Shown here piece by piece: positions 8,950 through 18,064 of a stretch of 64,000 nt of DNA. The notes below the pieces were generated by a model. The model did no database searches, was not told where the DNA came from, and worked only from the letters and a program-made list of their open reading frames with translations. Location: the NCBI GenBank assembly GCA_035491815.1, contig DATJKA010000047.1, positions 12,496 to 76,495 of the forward strand, written 5' to 3'. The position numbers and the translations under genes are program-made. The stretch is from Gemmatimonadales bacterium (GTDB lineage: Bacteria; Gemmatimonadota; Gemmatimonadetes; Gemmatimonadales; GWC2-71-9). Every line of letters begins with the position of its first letter. Position 1 is the stretch's first letter.

Positions 8950-11900
8950 GACTGAGCAGGCTCGAGCTCTCGGGCTTCAAATCGTTCGCGGGATCGGTGG
9001 AGCTGCCCTTCGATCAGGGCGTCACCGCCATCGTTGGCCCGAACGGCTGCGGCAAATCGAACATCTCCGACGCGGTCCGCTGGGTGCTCGGCGAGCAGTC
9101 GCCGCGGCTGTTGCGCGGCGGCAAGATGGAAGACGTGATCTTCCAGGGCTCGACCGGCCGCCGCCCCGTCAACGTCGCGGAAGTCTCGCTCGTCTTCGAC
9201 AACTCCGACGGCACCCTGCCGATCGCGTATCAGGAAGTCGTCGTGACGCGGCGGTTGTCGCGCTCGGGCCAGAGCGATTACCTCATCAATCGCTCGCCGG
9301 TGCGGCTCCGCGACGTCCAGGATCTGCTGCGCGGGACGGGCCTGGGTGCCGACGCGGCCGTCGTGATGGAAGCCAAGATGATCGAGGCGCTGCTCTCCGA
9401 GAAAGCCGAAGAGCGGCGCGCGCTGTTCGAGGAAGCTGCCGGCATTGGGCTGTATCGCAACCGGAAAGAGAGCACCGAACGGCGTCTCGAGGAGACCGCC
9501 GCGGACCTCGCGCGGCTCGAAGACCTGGTCGCCGAAGTGCAGACGCAGGTCCGCAGTCTCGCGCGCCAGCGCGGCCGCGCCGAGCGGTACGGCAAGATGA
9601 TCGAGGAGCGCTTTGGCATCGCGATGACGCTGGTGCGGCGCGAGCTCGAAGACTTCGAGCTGTCGCTTGGCGCGTTGACCGTCCGCGCGCGCGAGCTGGC
9701 CGAGCAGCTGCCCGCTGCCCGCGCACGGCTCGAGGATGCCGAGCAGCAGCGCGAGGCGCGAGTGCAAGCGCGGCACACGGCGGAGGCGCGCCGCACCGAA
9801 GTCGAGCGCCGGCTGGCCGACGCCAAGCTCGAGGTCGGGCGATTGGAGAGCGACCTCGCCCTGGCCGCCGAACGCCTGAGCAATGCAGCGCAACGCCGCC
9901 AGACCGCGGCCGACGAGCGCGTGCAGGGTGAACGGCGCGCCGCACAGGCGGAGCGCGAGCACGCCGCGGCGGCGGCGGAACGCTCGGCCGCCGAGCGCGA
10001 TCTCGCCGCCGTGCAAACCGAGCTCGGCGCGCGCACGGGAGAGGAAGACACCGTCCGCGGGCGGCTGACCGCAGAGCGGATCGCGGTGCGGGACCTGGAG
10101 GAAGGACTGCAGCGCCGCGCCGAAACGGCCCGCGCGCTCGAGATCGAGAGCGGCGCGCTCGAGCGGGAGCGCGGCGAGCTGAAGGAGCAGCTGACCCAGG
10201 CAACGACGGAGCGCGACGCCCGCGATACGGCGGCGCGTGGAGCGGCGCGGGACGCCGAGGCGGCCGCGCAGCGCGTCCATCACGATGCCGAGGCCGCCGT
10301 CCACGCTGTCGAGGCGCTGCAGCACGCGCGCCGGCACGTGGCGGCACTGCAGGAGCAGGAGATGAGCGCGCGCTCCGCCCGCCGCCAAGCCGAAGCGGCA
10401 TTGGCACAGCTCGAGGCGCGGCGTGACGCGCTGACCGAGCTCGATCGCGAGCACGTGGGACTCGCGCCCGCGGCGCAGGCGCTACTCAAGGCGCGCGCGC
10501 AATTCGGCGACGGCGTCCTCGGCCCGCTCGCCGACTTCGTGCGCACCAGTCGTCGCGACGCGGAGCTGGCCGAGCGGCTGCTCGGTGAATGGCTGCATGC
10601 CGTGCTCGTGCGCGACGCGTCCGAGATCGACAGGATTCGGGCGTGGCACGCCGAGACGCAGCCGGGACCACTCGTGCTGCTCCCGTGCGTCCCCGGCCCG
10701 CGGCTCGGCGCCGACGGCCATCCGCTCAAGGACGAGCTGCGCGTCGATGGAGCGGCGGCCGCCTGGGTGCGCGCGCTGCTCGCCGGCCACGAAGTCCTCG
10801 CCGCGGGCGCGCTGCGGCGCGCGAATGGCGCCGTGTTCCTCGACTCCACCGCTCCGGCGGCCGGCGGCCCCCTCCAGCGCCGCGCAGAGCTCGAAGCCCT
10901 CGAGAAGGACGTGCGTGACGCGCAGAGCAATCGTGAGCGCGCCCATGCGACCGAAGAGACGACGGTGCGCGAGCTCGCCGCCGCGGAAGCGACGCTGACC
11001 GCCGCCGGCCAGGCCGCTGAGCACGCCCGCCGTGCCGAGCTCGAGGCGGGAGCCGAAAAGGGCGAAGCCGATCGCGGCCTGATCCACGCGCGCCGCGAAG
11101 CCGAGGAGTCGGCCGCGCGGGTCGAGCGGTTGACGCGGCGACTCGGCGAGGTCGAGACCCGGCTTGGCGCGTTGCAGGTCGAGCTTCAGGAGCGCGAGCT
11201 CGATCGCGTGCGCGCCGCCGAGCAGCTCGGCGCCGAGCGGGCGGGGCTCGCCGATCTCGAGGCGCAACAGGAGGCGGCCCGCGAGCAGCGCGTCCGGTGG
11301 CAGGTGGAAGCCGCGCAAGTCGAAGCGCGCCACACCGCGGCCTCCGAGCGTGCCGCGCGCGCCGACGCCGACGCGCGCGCCTCGCGCGAGCAGGCCACCG
11401 CACGGGCCGAGGAGATCGCGCGCATCGAGCGGGAATCGGCGACGCTCACCACGCAGCGCGCGCAGTGGGAAGACACGCTGCAGGAGCGGCGGCTCGCGCT
11501 GGTCGAGCTGGAGGCCGCGGCCCAGGACGCCGAAACGAACGTCGGCTTGACGGACGCCGATCTGGGCCAGGCCGAAGGCGCGCTCGATCAGGCGCGCAAG
11601 GCGCTCGCCGCCCTGGGCGAAGAGGAGCACCGGCTCAAGCTCGAGCAAACGGAGGTCGAAGGCCGTAAGCGCGGCCTGGTCGAGCGCGTCGAAACCGAGT
11701 GGCGCAAGCCGCTCGACACCCTGCTCGCCGATGCACCGGAGGTTCCCGGCGACATCGAGTGGCTGCGCCAGGAAAACGAGCGGCTGCGCGGCGCGATCGA
11801 CGCCGTCGGTCCCGTGAACGCCCTTGCCGTCGAGGAGCACGCCGAGGAGCAAAAGCGGCTCGACTTCCTGATGACCCAGCGCGACGATCTCGTGGCGGCG

Positions 11901-12413
11901 CGCAGCTCGCTCCAGCAGGCGGCGCGGGAGATCGATCAAACGGCCAAGACGCTGTTCCTCGAATCGTTCGGCAAAGTCCGCGAGCACTTCCGGTCGGTGT
12001 TCCAAACGTTGTTCGGCGGCGGTGAATGCGATGTGCGGCTCGCGAACGAGGACGAGCCGCTCGAGAGCGAGATCGAGATCCACGCCGCGCCGCGCGGCAA
12101 GCGCACCCAGCGCATTCACCTGCTGTCCTCGGGCGAGCGCACGCTGGTCGCCGTGTCGCTCCTGTTTGCCATCTTCCTCGCGAAGCCGAGCCCGTTCTGC
12201 CTGCTCGACGAGGTGGATGCGCCGCTGGACGACGCCAACGTCGGCCGCTACGTCCGGCTGCTCACGCAGTTCAAGGACTCGACACAGTTCATCGTGATCA
12301 CGCATAACCCGCGCACGATGCAGGCGGCCGACGCCGTGTACGGCGTGACGATGCAGGAGCCCGGCGTCTCGACGATCGTCGGCGTGCGGCTCGGCCAAAT
12401 GGAGACCGTCTAA
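8946..12413 (+). CDS. smc: chromosome segregation protein SMC
   Basis: [43 protein letters not shown] (Walker A head), a long Ala/Glu/Arg coiled coil, and a C-terminal [18 protein letters not shown]...[13 protein letters not shown]. ATG 8946 overlaps the upstream TGA (ATGA). The Arg-rich extension back to 8514 is rejected. Confidence 0.93.
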   Translation: [1155 protein letters not shown]

Positions 12414-12430
12414 CAGCGGAGTTGGGACTC

Positions 12431-12458
12431 GTCCCCGGTCCCTCGTCCCCCGTCCCTC
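12431..12458. repeat. tandem heptamer array (GTCCCYN)x4 immediately upstream of ATG 12461
   Basis: The sequence reads gtccccg gtccctc gtccccc gtccctc. The complementary strand is a G3+N(1-7) x4 (G-quadruplex-type) motif. It lies in the smc/S8-peptidase intergenic gap. Confidence 0.6.
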
Positions 12459-12460
12459 CT

Positions 12461-14713
12461 ATGCGACGGTTCCTCTGGCTCCTCCTGCTGCCCGCCGGGT
12501 TGGCAGCGCAACAACCCACCGTGTCCCCGCCCCTCTCACGGCTCGTGCATCGCGTGCCGGACACCACCGTGACCGTGTGGCTGTTCGCGCGCCCGCGCGT
12601 CTCGCTCGACGCCCTGAGCCGACGCCTGGCCGCCGCCGGCGCGCATGTGCGGGTCGCGAGCCGCTGGCTCCATGCCGTCAGCGCTGACGTTTCCGCGAGG
12701 ACGCTCGGCGTGCTGCTCACCGATCGCGACCTCAGGCACGTCCAGCCGCTCGGCCGATTCCGCGTACCAACGAATCGCTTGTCGGATGCAGCGCTCGTCG
12801 CGCCGTCGCCCGGCTCTGTCGCCGACTCCTGCCCTGCCGGCGGCGATCCGGTATACGGCCCGTCCGAGATGCCTTATCGCCGCCTGAATCTGCGGCCGCT
12901 GAGCGATCGCGGGCTGCGCGGCGCCGGCGTGCGCGTCGGCATCTTCGACTCGGGCTTCGACACGCAAAACGCGGCGTTCAGCGGCGTGACGATTCGGGCG
13001 CAGCACGACTTCGTGTTCAACGACAGCATCGTTCGCGACGAGGCCGGGAAGGATCAGGCCGGCGCGCAATTCCACGGTACCGCCGTGTGGTCACTGTTCG
13101 CCGGCAATCTCGCGGGTCGGCTGCGCGGGATCGCGCCCGACGCGACCTATCTCCTCGCGAAGACCGAGGACGTGCGGAGCGAAACGCGCGTCGAAGAAGA
13201 CAACTACGTTGCGGCGCTCGAGTGGGCCGATTCAATCGGGGTCGACATCGTCTCCTCGAGCCTCGCGTATCTCGTGTTCGACAACGGCTTCAGCTACGCG
13301 CCCGCGGACCTCAACGGCGACGTGGCGGTGACGACGGTGGCGGTCGACGCGGCGGCAAAGCGCGGCATCACCGTCGTGACGGCAGCAAGCAACAACGGTC
13401 CGGCGTTCCGCACGCTGTGGACCCCGGCGGACGCGGATTCCGACCTCGCGATCGGCGCCGAGGATTCGCTGGGCAACATCGCGAACTTCTCGAGCCGCGG
13501 CCCCACCGCCGACGGCCGGCTGAAGCCCGATTTCACCGCACCGGGGATCGCGGTGTGCGTGCTGACCGGCCCCGGCACGCTTCTGCGCGAAGCCGGTACG
13601 TCGTTCGCGACGCCGCTGACGGCCGCCGGCATCGTGCTCCTCAAAAGTCTGTTCCCGAGTCTCGGACCGATCGCGATCCGGCAGACGCTGCGCGCCACGG
13701 CATCGCATCGCTCCGCACCCGATTCGACGTTCGGCTGGGGCCGGCCCGATTTCGGCGCCGCGGCGTCGTTCGCCGGTCTCGTGCCGATCAGCCCCGTGAA
13801 CAGCCCGCTGAGCACCGTCACACCGACGTTCGCGTGGACCCAGGGCGCGCTGCCCTCGCCCGTGACGTTCCGGCTGCGCGTCGCAGGTGACAGCCAATTC
13901 CTATCGCTCATTGCCGACACCGTGGTGGGCTCGGCGACGAGCGCCACGCTGGCGCGGCCGCTCAAGGGAACGCGCATGTTCTGGCGCGTCGATGGACGGA
14001 GCGACGCGGGGGATACGGCCAGCACCGGCGTGGTGGGGCCGCTCGTCGTGCCGCCCTGGGCGACGATGCTCGTCTACAGCAGCCCGGCGGGCAGCGTGAC
14101 CGACACGGCGGAGCCGACGTTCCGGTGGTCGCCCATCCCGGTCGACTCTCCGCCCGGCCCGTTCACGTACGATCTCATCGTGCAGCGCGCCGCCACGAAT
14201 CTCACGGAATTCGGAATCGGCGGTCTGCGGGATACGGTCTTCACGCTGACGCAGCCGCTCGAGCGCAACACCGCCTATCACTGGTCGCTGGTCGTCCATG
14301 CCGGCGCGGACACGAGCCTGGTGAGGAGCCAGGGGTCGTTCCTGGTCGTCGACGGCGGCATGCCGACGGCGACGTTGCTCTATCAGAATTTTCCGAATCC
14401 GTTTCCCGTCCCGGGGCGCGACTCGACGTGCCTCTGGTTCGACATCGCGTCGGCCGGGCTCGTGGAGCTCGACATTCTCGATTTGCGCGGCAACCGGGTT
14501 CGGCGTTTCGTTCCGGGACCGGACTTCCCCGCGATTCTGCCGGCCGGGCGGTATGGCCGCGGCTACGCGGGCGGCTCGGGACTCTGCGATCCCCGGCTCA
14601 TGTGGGATGGGCGCGCCGATGACGGCCACCCGTTGCCTGCAGGCGTGTATCTCGCCAAGCTGAAGGCACCAGGACTGCTCGTGTTCAAGCGCATCGTCTT
14701 TCGCGGAAAGTGA
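12461..14713 (+). CDS. S8 subtilisin-family serine peptidase with a T9SS-type/FlgD-Ig-like C-terminal domain
   Basis: Signal peptide MRRFLWLLLLPAGLAAQQ. Catalytic triad contexts are GIFDSGFD (Asp), HGTAVWS (His) and GTSFATPLTAAG (Ser). The C-terminus carries LYQNFPNPFP...GVYLAKL, typical of T9SS type-A sorting / FlgD-Ig domains. The ORF could extend to 12422. Confidence 0.85.
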   Translation: MRRFLWLLLLPAGLAAQQPTVSPPLSRLVHRVPDTTVTVWLFARPRVSLDALSRRLAAAGAHVRVASRWLHAVSADVSARTLGVLLTDRDLRHVQPLGRFRVPTNRLSDAALVAPSPGSVADSCPAGGDPVYGPSEMPYRRLNLRPLSDRGLRGAGVRVGIFDSGFDTQNAAFSGVTIRAQHDFVFNDSIVRDEAGKDQAGAQFHGTAVWSLFAGNLAGRLRGIAPDATYLLAKTEDVRSETRVEEDNYVAALEWADSIGVDIVSSSLAYLVFDNGFSYAPADLNGDVAVTTVAVDAAAKRGITVVTAASNNGPAFRTLWTPADADSDLAIGAEDSLGNIANFSSRGPTADGRLKPDFTAPGIAVCVLTGPGTLLREAGTSFATPLTAAGIVLLKSLFPSLGPIAIRQTLRATASHRSAPDSTFGWGRPDFGAAASFAGLVPISPVNSPLSTVTPTFAWTQGALPSPVTFRLRVAGDSQFLSLIADTVVGSATSATLARPLKGTRMFWRVDGRSDAGDTASTGVVGPLVVPPWATMLVYSSPAGSVTDTAEPTFRWSPIPVDSPPGPFTYDLIVQRAATNLTEFGIGGLRDTVFTLTQPLERNTAYHWSLVVHAGADTSLVRSQGSFLVVDGGMPTATLLYQNFPNPFPVPGRDSTCLWFDIASAGLVELDILDLRGNRVRRFVPGPDFPAILPAGRYGRGYAGGSGLCDPRLMWDGRADDGHPLPAGVYLAKLKAPGLLVFKRIVFRGK

Positions 14714-15489
14714 GTATGGACCTCGTCACGGTCGGCACCGGAACCGTCGCTCCATCGGCAGCTCGCACCGCGCCCTGCCATTGGGTGACGCGCGGCGACC
14801 TGCGCGTGCTGCTCGACTGCGGCGCGGGCTCGCTGCATCGCCTCGCGCAGTTCGGGCTGCCGTGGCAGCACGTGACGCACGTGATCGTGACGCACTTCCA
14901 TCCCGACCATTGGGGCGAGCTGCCGATGCTGGTCTACGCCCTGAAGTACACGACCGAGCCGGCGCGCCGCGAGCCGTTCGTCATTCTCGGCCCGCCCGGC
15001 GTCGTGCAGCTCCTCCGGACGCTCGCCGAGGGTTACGGCGACTGGCTGCTCGATCCCGGTTTCCCGATCGGCATCCTCGACGTCCGCGACGGCGAGCCGT
15101 TCCCGCTGAACGCCGAGGTCAATCTCGAGACGTTCCCCGTTCCGCACACGACCGAAAGCGTCGCGGTCTCGCTGGTGGCGCCGGAAGGGCGTCTCGTCTA
15201 TACCGGCGATACCGGCCCCAGCTCTGAGCTGGCGCGGTGGGCGGCGGGCTGCGATTTGCTCTTGGCGGAGTGCTCGCTGCCGGAAGAGCGGGCCATGGAC
15301 ATCCACCTCACGCCCCAGCAAGCGGGAGACCTGGCGAAGGAGGCGGGTGCCAAGCGTCTAGTCTTGACGCACTTCTATCCCCCTGTAGAAACTTCGGACC
15401 CGGCAAAACTTGCCGGCACTCGCTTTCGCGGGCCGGTCTCGGCGGCGAAAGACGGCGACCGCTTCACCATCGGTGATGGGAGACGCTAG
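14710..15489 (+). CDS. MBL-fold metallo-hydrolase (RNase Z/BN-like)
   Basis: Motifs [24 protein letters not shown] and LVLTHF. GTG 14710 overlaps the upstream TGA; ATG 14716 is an alternative start. Confidence 0.8.
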   Translation: MSMDLVTVGTGTVAPSAARTAPCHWVTRGDLRVLLDCGAGSLHRLAQFGLPWQHVTHVIVTHFHPDHWGELPMLVYALKYTTEPARREPFVILGPPGVVQLLRTLAEGYGDWLLDPGFPIGILDVRDGEPFPLNAEVNLETFPVPHTTESVAVSLVAPEGRLVYTGDTGPSSELARWAAGCDLLLAECSLPEERAMDIHLTPQQAGDLAKEAGAKRLVLTHFYPPVETSDPAKLAGTRFRGPVSAAKDGDRFTIGDGRR

Positions 15490-15491
15490 TC

Positions 15492-16532
15492 GTGCTGATC
15501 GTCATGCGGCATGGAGCTTCGCGCGATGAAGTCGACAAGGTCATCTCCGTCATCGAGGAGCTGGGCTATCAGGCGCAGCTCATGCCCGGCGCGCAACGGA
15601 CGGCGGTCGGTCTCGTCGGCAACGACGGCCGCGTGGACGCCTCGCGCCTCGAAGGCCTGCCCGGCGTCGCCGAAGTCATCCATGTCTCGCAGCCCTACAA
15701 GCAGGTCAGCCGCGAGTGGAAATCCGAGAACACCCTGGTGCGGCTGCCCGGTGGCGTCACGTTTGGTGGCACCGAGGTGGTGGCGATCGCGGGGCCGTGC
15801 TCGGTGGAGAACGAGCGCCAGATCATCGAGGCGGCGCGCCAGGTAAAGGAAGCGGGGGCCGTCGTCCTCCGCGGCGGCGCGTGGAAGCCACGCAGCTCGC
15901 CCTACTCGTTCCAGGGGCTGGGCAAGCCTGGTCTCCGGCTCCTCGCCAAGGCACGCGAAGAGACCGGTCTCCTGATCTGCACCGAGGCGATGGACGAAAC
16001 GGGACTCGGCTGGGTCGCCGAGAGCGCCGACATCGTGCAGCTCGGAGCGCGCAACATGCAGAACTTCTCGCTGCTCAAGGTCGCCGGCCGCTGCGGCAAG
16101 CCGGTCCTCTTGAAGCGCGGCATCAGCGCCACGGTCCAAGAGCTGCTCCTCTCGGCCGAGTACCTCCTGGCCGAGGGCAACCACGATGTCATTCTGTGCG
16201 AGCGCGGCGTCCGCAGCTTCGACACCGCGACGCGCAATCTCTTCGACCTGACGGCGATTCCGGTGGTGCACAAGCTGTCGCACCTGCCGATCATCGCCGA
16301 TCCGTCGCACGGCACCGGCCTGCGCGACAAGGTCATTCCGATGGCGCGCGCGGCCGTGGCGGCCGGCGCCGACGGCATCATGGTCGAAGTCCATCCGAAT
16401 CCCGAAGACGCGCTCTCGGACGGCGCGCAATCGCTGTTTCCCGATCAGTTCAAGGAGCTGATGCGGGAAGTGCGGATCATCGCCGAGGCCATCGGCCGTC
16501 GGGTGGCGGAGCCGGCTGCGGTGGGAGCGTAA
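15492..16532 (+). CDS. aroF: 3-deoxy-7-phosphoheptulonate (DAHP) synthase, type I-beta with N-terminal ferredoxin-like regulatory domain
   Basis: 346 aa. The N-terminal [26 protein letters not shown] resembles Thermotoga-type DAHPS. The core carries [32 protein letters not shown] and IADPSHGTG. Confidence 0.88.
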   Translation: MLIVMRHGASRDEVDKVISVIEELGYQAQLMPGAQRTAVGLVGNDGRVDASRLEGLPGVAEVIHVSQPYKQVSREWKSENTLVRLPGGVTFGGTEVVAIAGPCSVENERQIIEAARQVKEAGAVVLRGGAWKPRSSPYSFQGLGKPGLRLLAKAREETGLLICTEAMDETGLGWVAESADIVQLGARNMQNFSLLKVAGRCGKPVLLKRGISATVQELLLSAEYLLAEGNHDVILCERGVRSFDTATRNLFDLTAIPVVHKLSHLPIIADPSHGTGLRDKVIPMARAAVAAGADGIMVEVHPNPEDALSDGAQSLFPDQFKELMREVRIIAEAIGRRVAEPAAVGA

Positions 16533-16533
16533 G

Positions 16534-17214
16534 ATGAGCAGTCGGGCGGTTAAGCGGTTAAGCGGCTGGATGAGTCTGCTCCTGCTAACCACCCAACCGC
16601 CCCACCGCTCAACCGCCCAGGATCCTGGCCAAATCCTTGATCGCGCCTCGGCATCCTACGATACCGTGAAGACGCTCCAGGCCGACTTCATTCAAATCGT
16701 CGAGAACCCGATGCTCGGCGACCCCGACACGACGCGCGGCACGCTGTTCGAGCAGCGGCCGAGCTATTTCGCGATGCGGTTCACGGAGCCGAGGAACGAC
16801 CGCGTCGTCGCCGACGGAAAAAAGCTCTGGCTCTACACGCCCAGCACGACGCCGGGACAGGTGATTCGCTCCGACATCCCCGGGACCGGCACGACCGGCC
16901 CCAATCTGATCGGGCAATTCATCGAGCACCCGCGCGAGCGCTACAGCGCGCGCTATGTGCGCGGCGATTCACTCGTCGATGGTCCCGTGGACGTGATCAG
17001 CCTGACGCCGCGATCCGCGGCGGGGGACTTCCCCTACTCCGAAGCGACGGTGTGGATTGCGAAGCGCGACGGCCTGCTGCGGCGCGTGGACATCGTGGAG
17101 ACGTCCGGTCAGCGCCGCACGATCATCCTGCGGAACCTTTCGGTGAATCACCCGATTGCCGCCCGCGAATTCCGGTTTTCCCCGACGGGCGGATTACGGG
17201 TGGTAGATCAGTAG
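16534..17214 (+). CDS. lolA: outer-membrane lipoprotein carrier protein LolA-like
   Basis: Signal peptide ending STAQ. LQADFIQIVENPMLG...GTLFEQRPSYFAMRF...GKKLWLYTP matches the LolA family pattern. Confidence 0.75.
   Translation: MSSRAVKRLSGWMSLLLLTTQPPHRSTAQDPGQILDRASASYDTVKTLQADFIQIVENPMLGDPDTTRGTLFEQRPSYFAMRFTEPRNDRVVADGKKLWLYTPSTTPGQVIRSDIPGTGTTGPNLIGQFIEHPRERYSARYVRGDSLVDGPVDVISLTPRSAAGDFPYSEATVWIAKRDGLLRRVDIVETSGQRRTIILRNLSVNHPIAAREFRFSPTGGLRVVDQ
16544..16618 (+). repeat. imperfect inverted pair of octamer x3 arrays bracketing the LolA signal-peptide core
   Basis: gggcggtt aagcggtt aagcggct (16544-16567) faces aaccgccc caccgctc aaccgccc (16595-16618). Of 24 positions, 19 can pair, and the outer 8 bp are perfect. 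Confidence 0.6.
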
Positions 17215-18064
17215 CGAGCGCCGCCGCCACTTTCCCCGCAGTCTCTTCACTCATGCCCTGCTTTTGCGCGAGCTCGAGCGCCGCGCGCCCCAGCGCCCGG
17301 TAGAGCTTCTGGTCGTCGAGCGCGAGCGACTCGAGATGGCGCAGGATCGTCGCCGTGTCGCCGCGCATGATCGGGCCGGTGAGCGCCTCGCGCGGCTCGT
17401 GACGCGCCAGGTTCTCGAACGTGCCTTCGACCAGCGGGCGCAGCGCCGCCCACGCATCGGCGTCCGACAGCCCCGCATGGCGGAGCAGCCGCTGCGCCAC
17501 GGCCTCGACCACCACCAGATAATTCGACGCAAAGACGGCGCCGGCATGATAGACCGGCTTGGACTTCGTGGCGATGCGGAACGGCCGCATCCCGAGATCC
17601 CTGGCGATCTGCTCGCCGGTTTCCACGGCGCGCGGCATCCCTTCCACCGCGGCCCACGCTCCCTTGAGACGGGCCGGCGTCAGCTCGGGCTCGACGATCG
17701 TCTGGAGTGGATGGAAGGATCCCAATGCCGCCTGCGTCGAAACCAGCGGGCCGAGCGCCTCCTGACCTTGCGCGCCGGACAGGTGCAGGACGACGTGCCT
17801 GGCGGTGATGGCGCCCGAAGCCGCGAGCGACGACGCGAGCGGTTTGATGCCGTCGTCGCGGACGGTGAGGATGACGGTGTCGACGGTTTCGATCCAGGGG
17901 GGTAGCCCATCGCCGACGGTGAGCGTCAGCGGCGGCGGAACGACTTTTTGCTTTCGCCCGTGCAGGGAGACGTCATAGCCTGCCTGAGCCAGCGCGAGCG
18001 CGAGTCCGACTCCCGCGCGACCGGGCCCGATGAGCCCGATCGCACGGGAAGCCTGAGAACTCAC
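17123..18064 (-). CDS. Rossmann-fold NAD(P)-binding protein with DUF2520-type C-terminal domain
   Basis: IGLIGPGRAGVGLALALAQAGYDV is a dinucleotide-binding motif, and the overall layout resembles DUF2520/ProC-like oxidoreductases. The GTG start overlaps the ctp stop (GTGA). The 3' end overlaps lolA by 92 nt. Confidence 0.65.
   Translation of the reverse strand: MSSQASRAIGLIGPGRAGVGLALALAQAGYDVSLHGRKQKVVPPPLTLTVGDGLPPWIETVDTVILTVRDDGIKPLASSLAASGAITARHVVLHLSGAQGQEALGPLVSTQAALGSFHPLQTIVEPELTPARLKGAWAAVEGMPRAVETGEQIARDLGMRPFRIATKSKPVYHAGAVFASNYLVVVEAVAQRLLRHAGLSDADAWAALRPLVEGTFENLARHEPREALTGPIMRGDTATILRHLESLALDDQKLYRALGRAALELAQKQGMSEETAGKVAAALATDLPPVIRPSGKTGIRGRQSGDSPKGSAG

Noticed and set aside
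10482-12398. Very long ORFs antisense to or out of frame with the called genes, e.g. 643-2472, 2684-4438, 6176-7888, 8871-10454, 10482-12398, 27587-29080, 33493-35085, 44926-46557, 55829-57283 and 59105-60904.
   Set aside because: Their translations are Arg/Ala/Gly/Pro-rich low-complexity sequence without any family motif. Each lies opposite a gene with a strong, contiguous family signature. Long stop-free shadow frames are expected in high-GC DNA.
12438-12452. The 15-mer GTCCCTCGTCCCCCG is present three times: 12438-12452, the reverse complement at about 26770-26785, and 30250-30264. I considered a dispersed repeat element.
   Set aside because: The third copy encodes the conserved HyuB motif SGGRGTWNGG, so it is ordinary coding sequence. 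A triple hit is only borderline unexpected by my rough estimate. The two intergenic copies are kept only as part of the heptamer-array observation.
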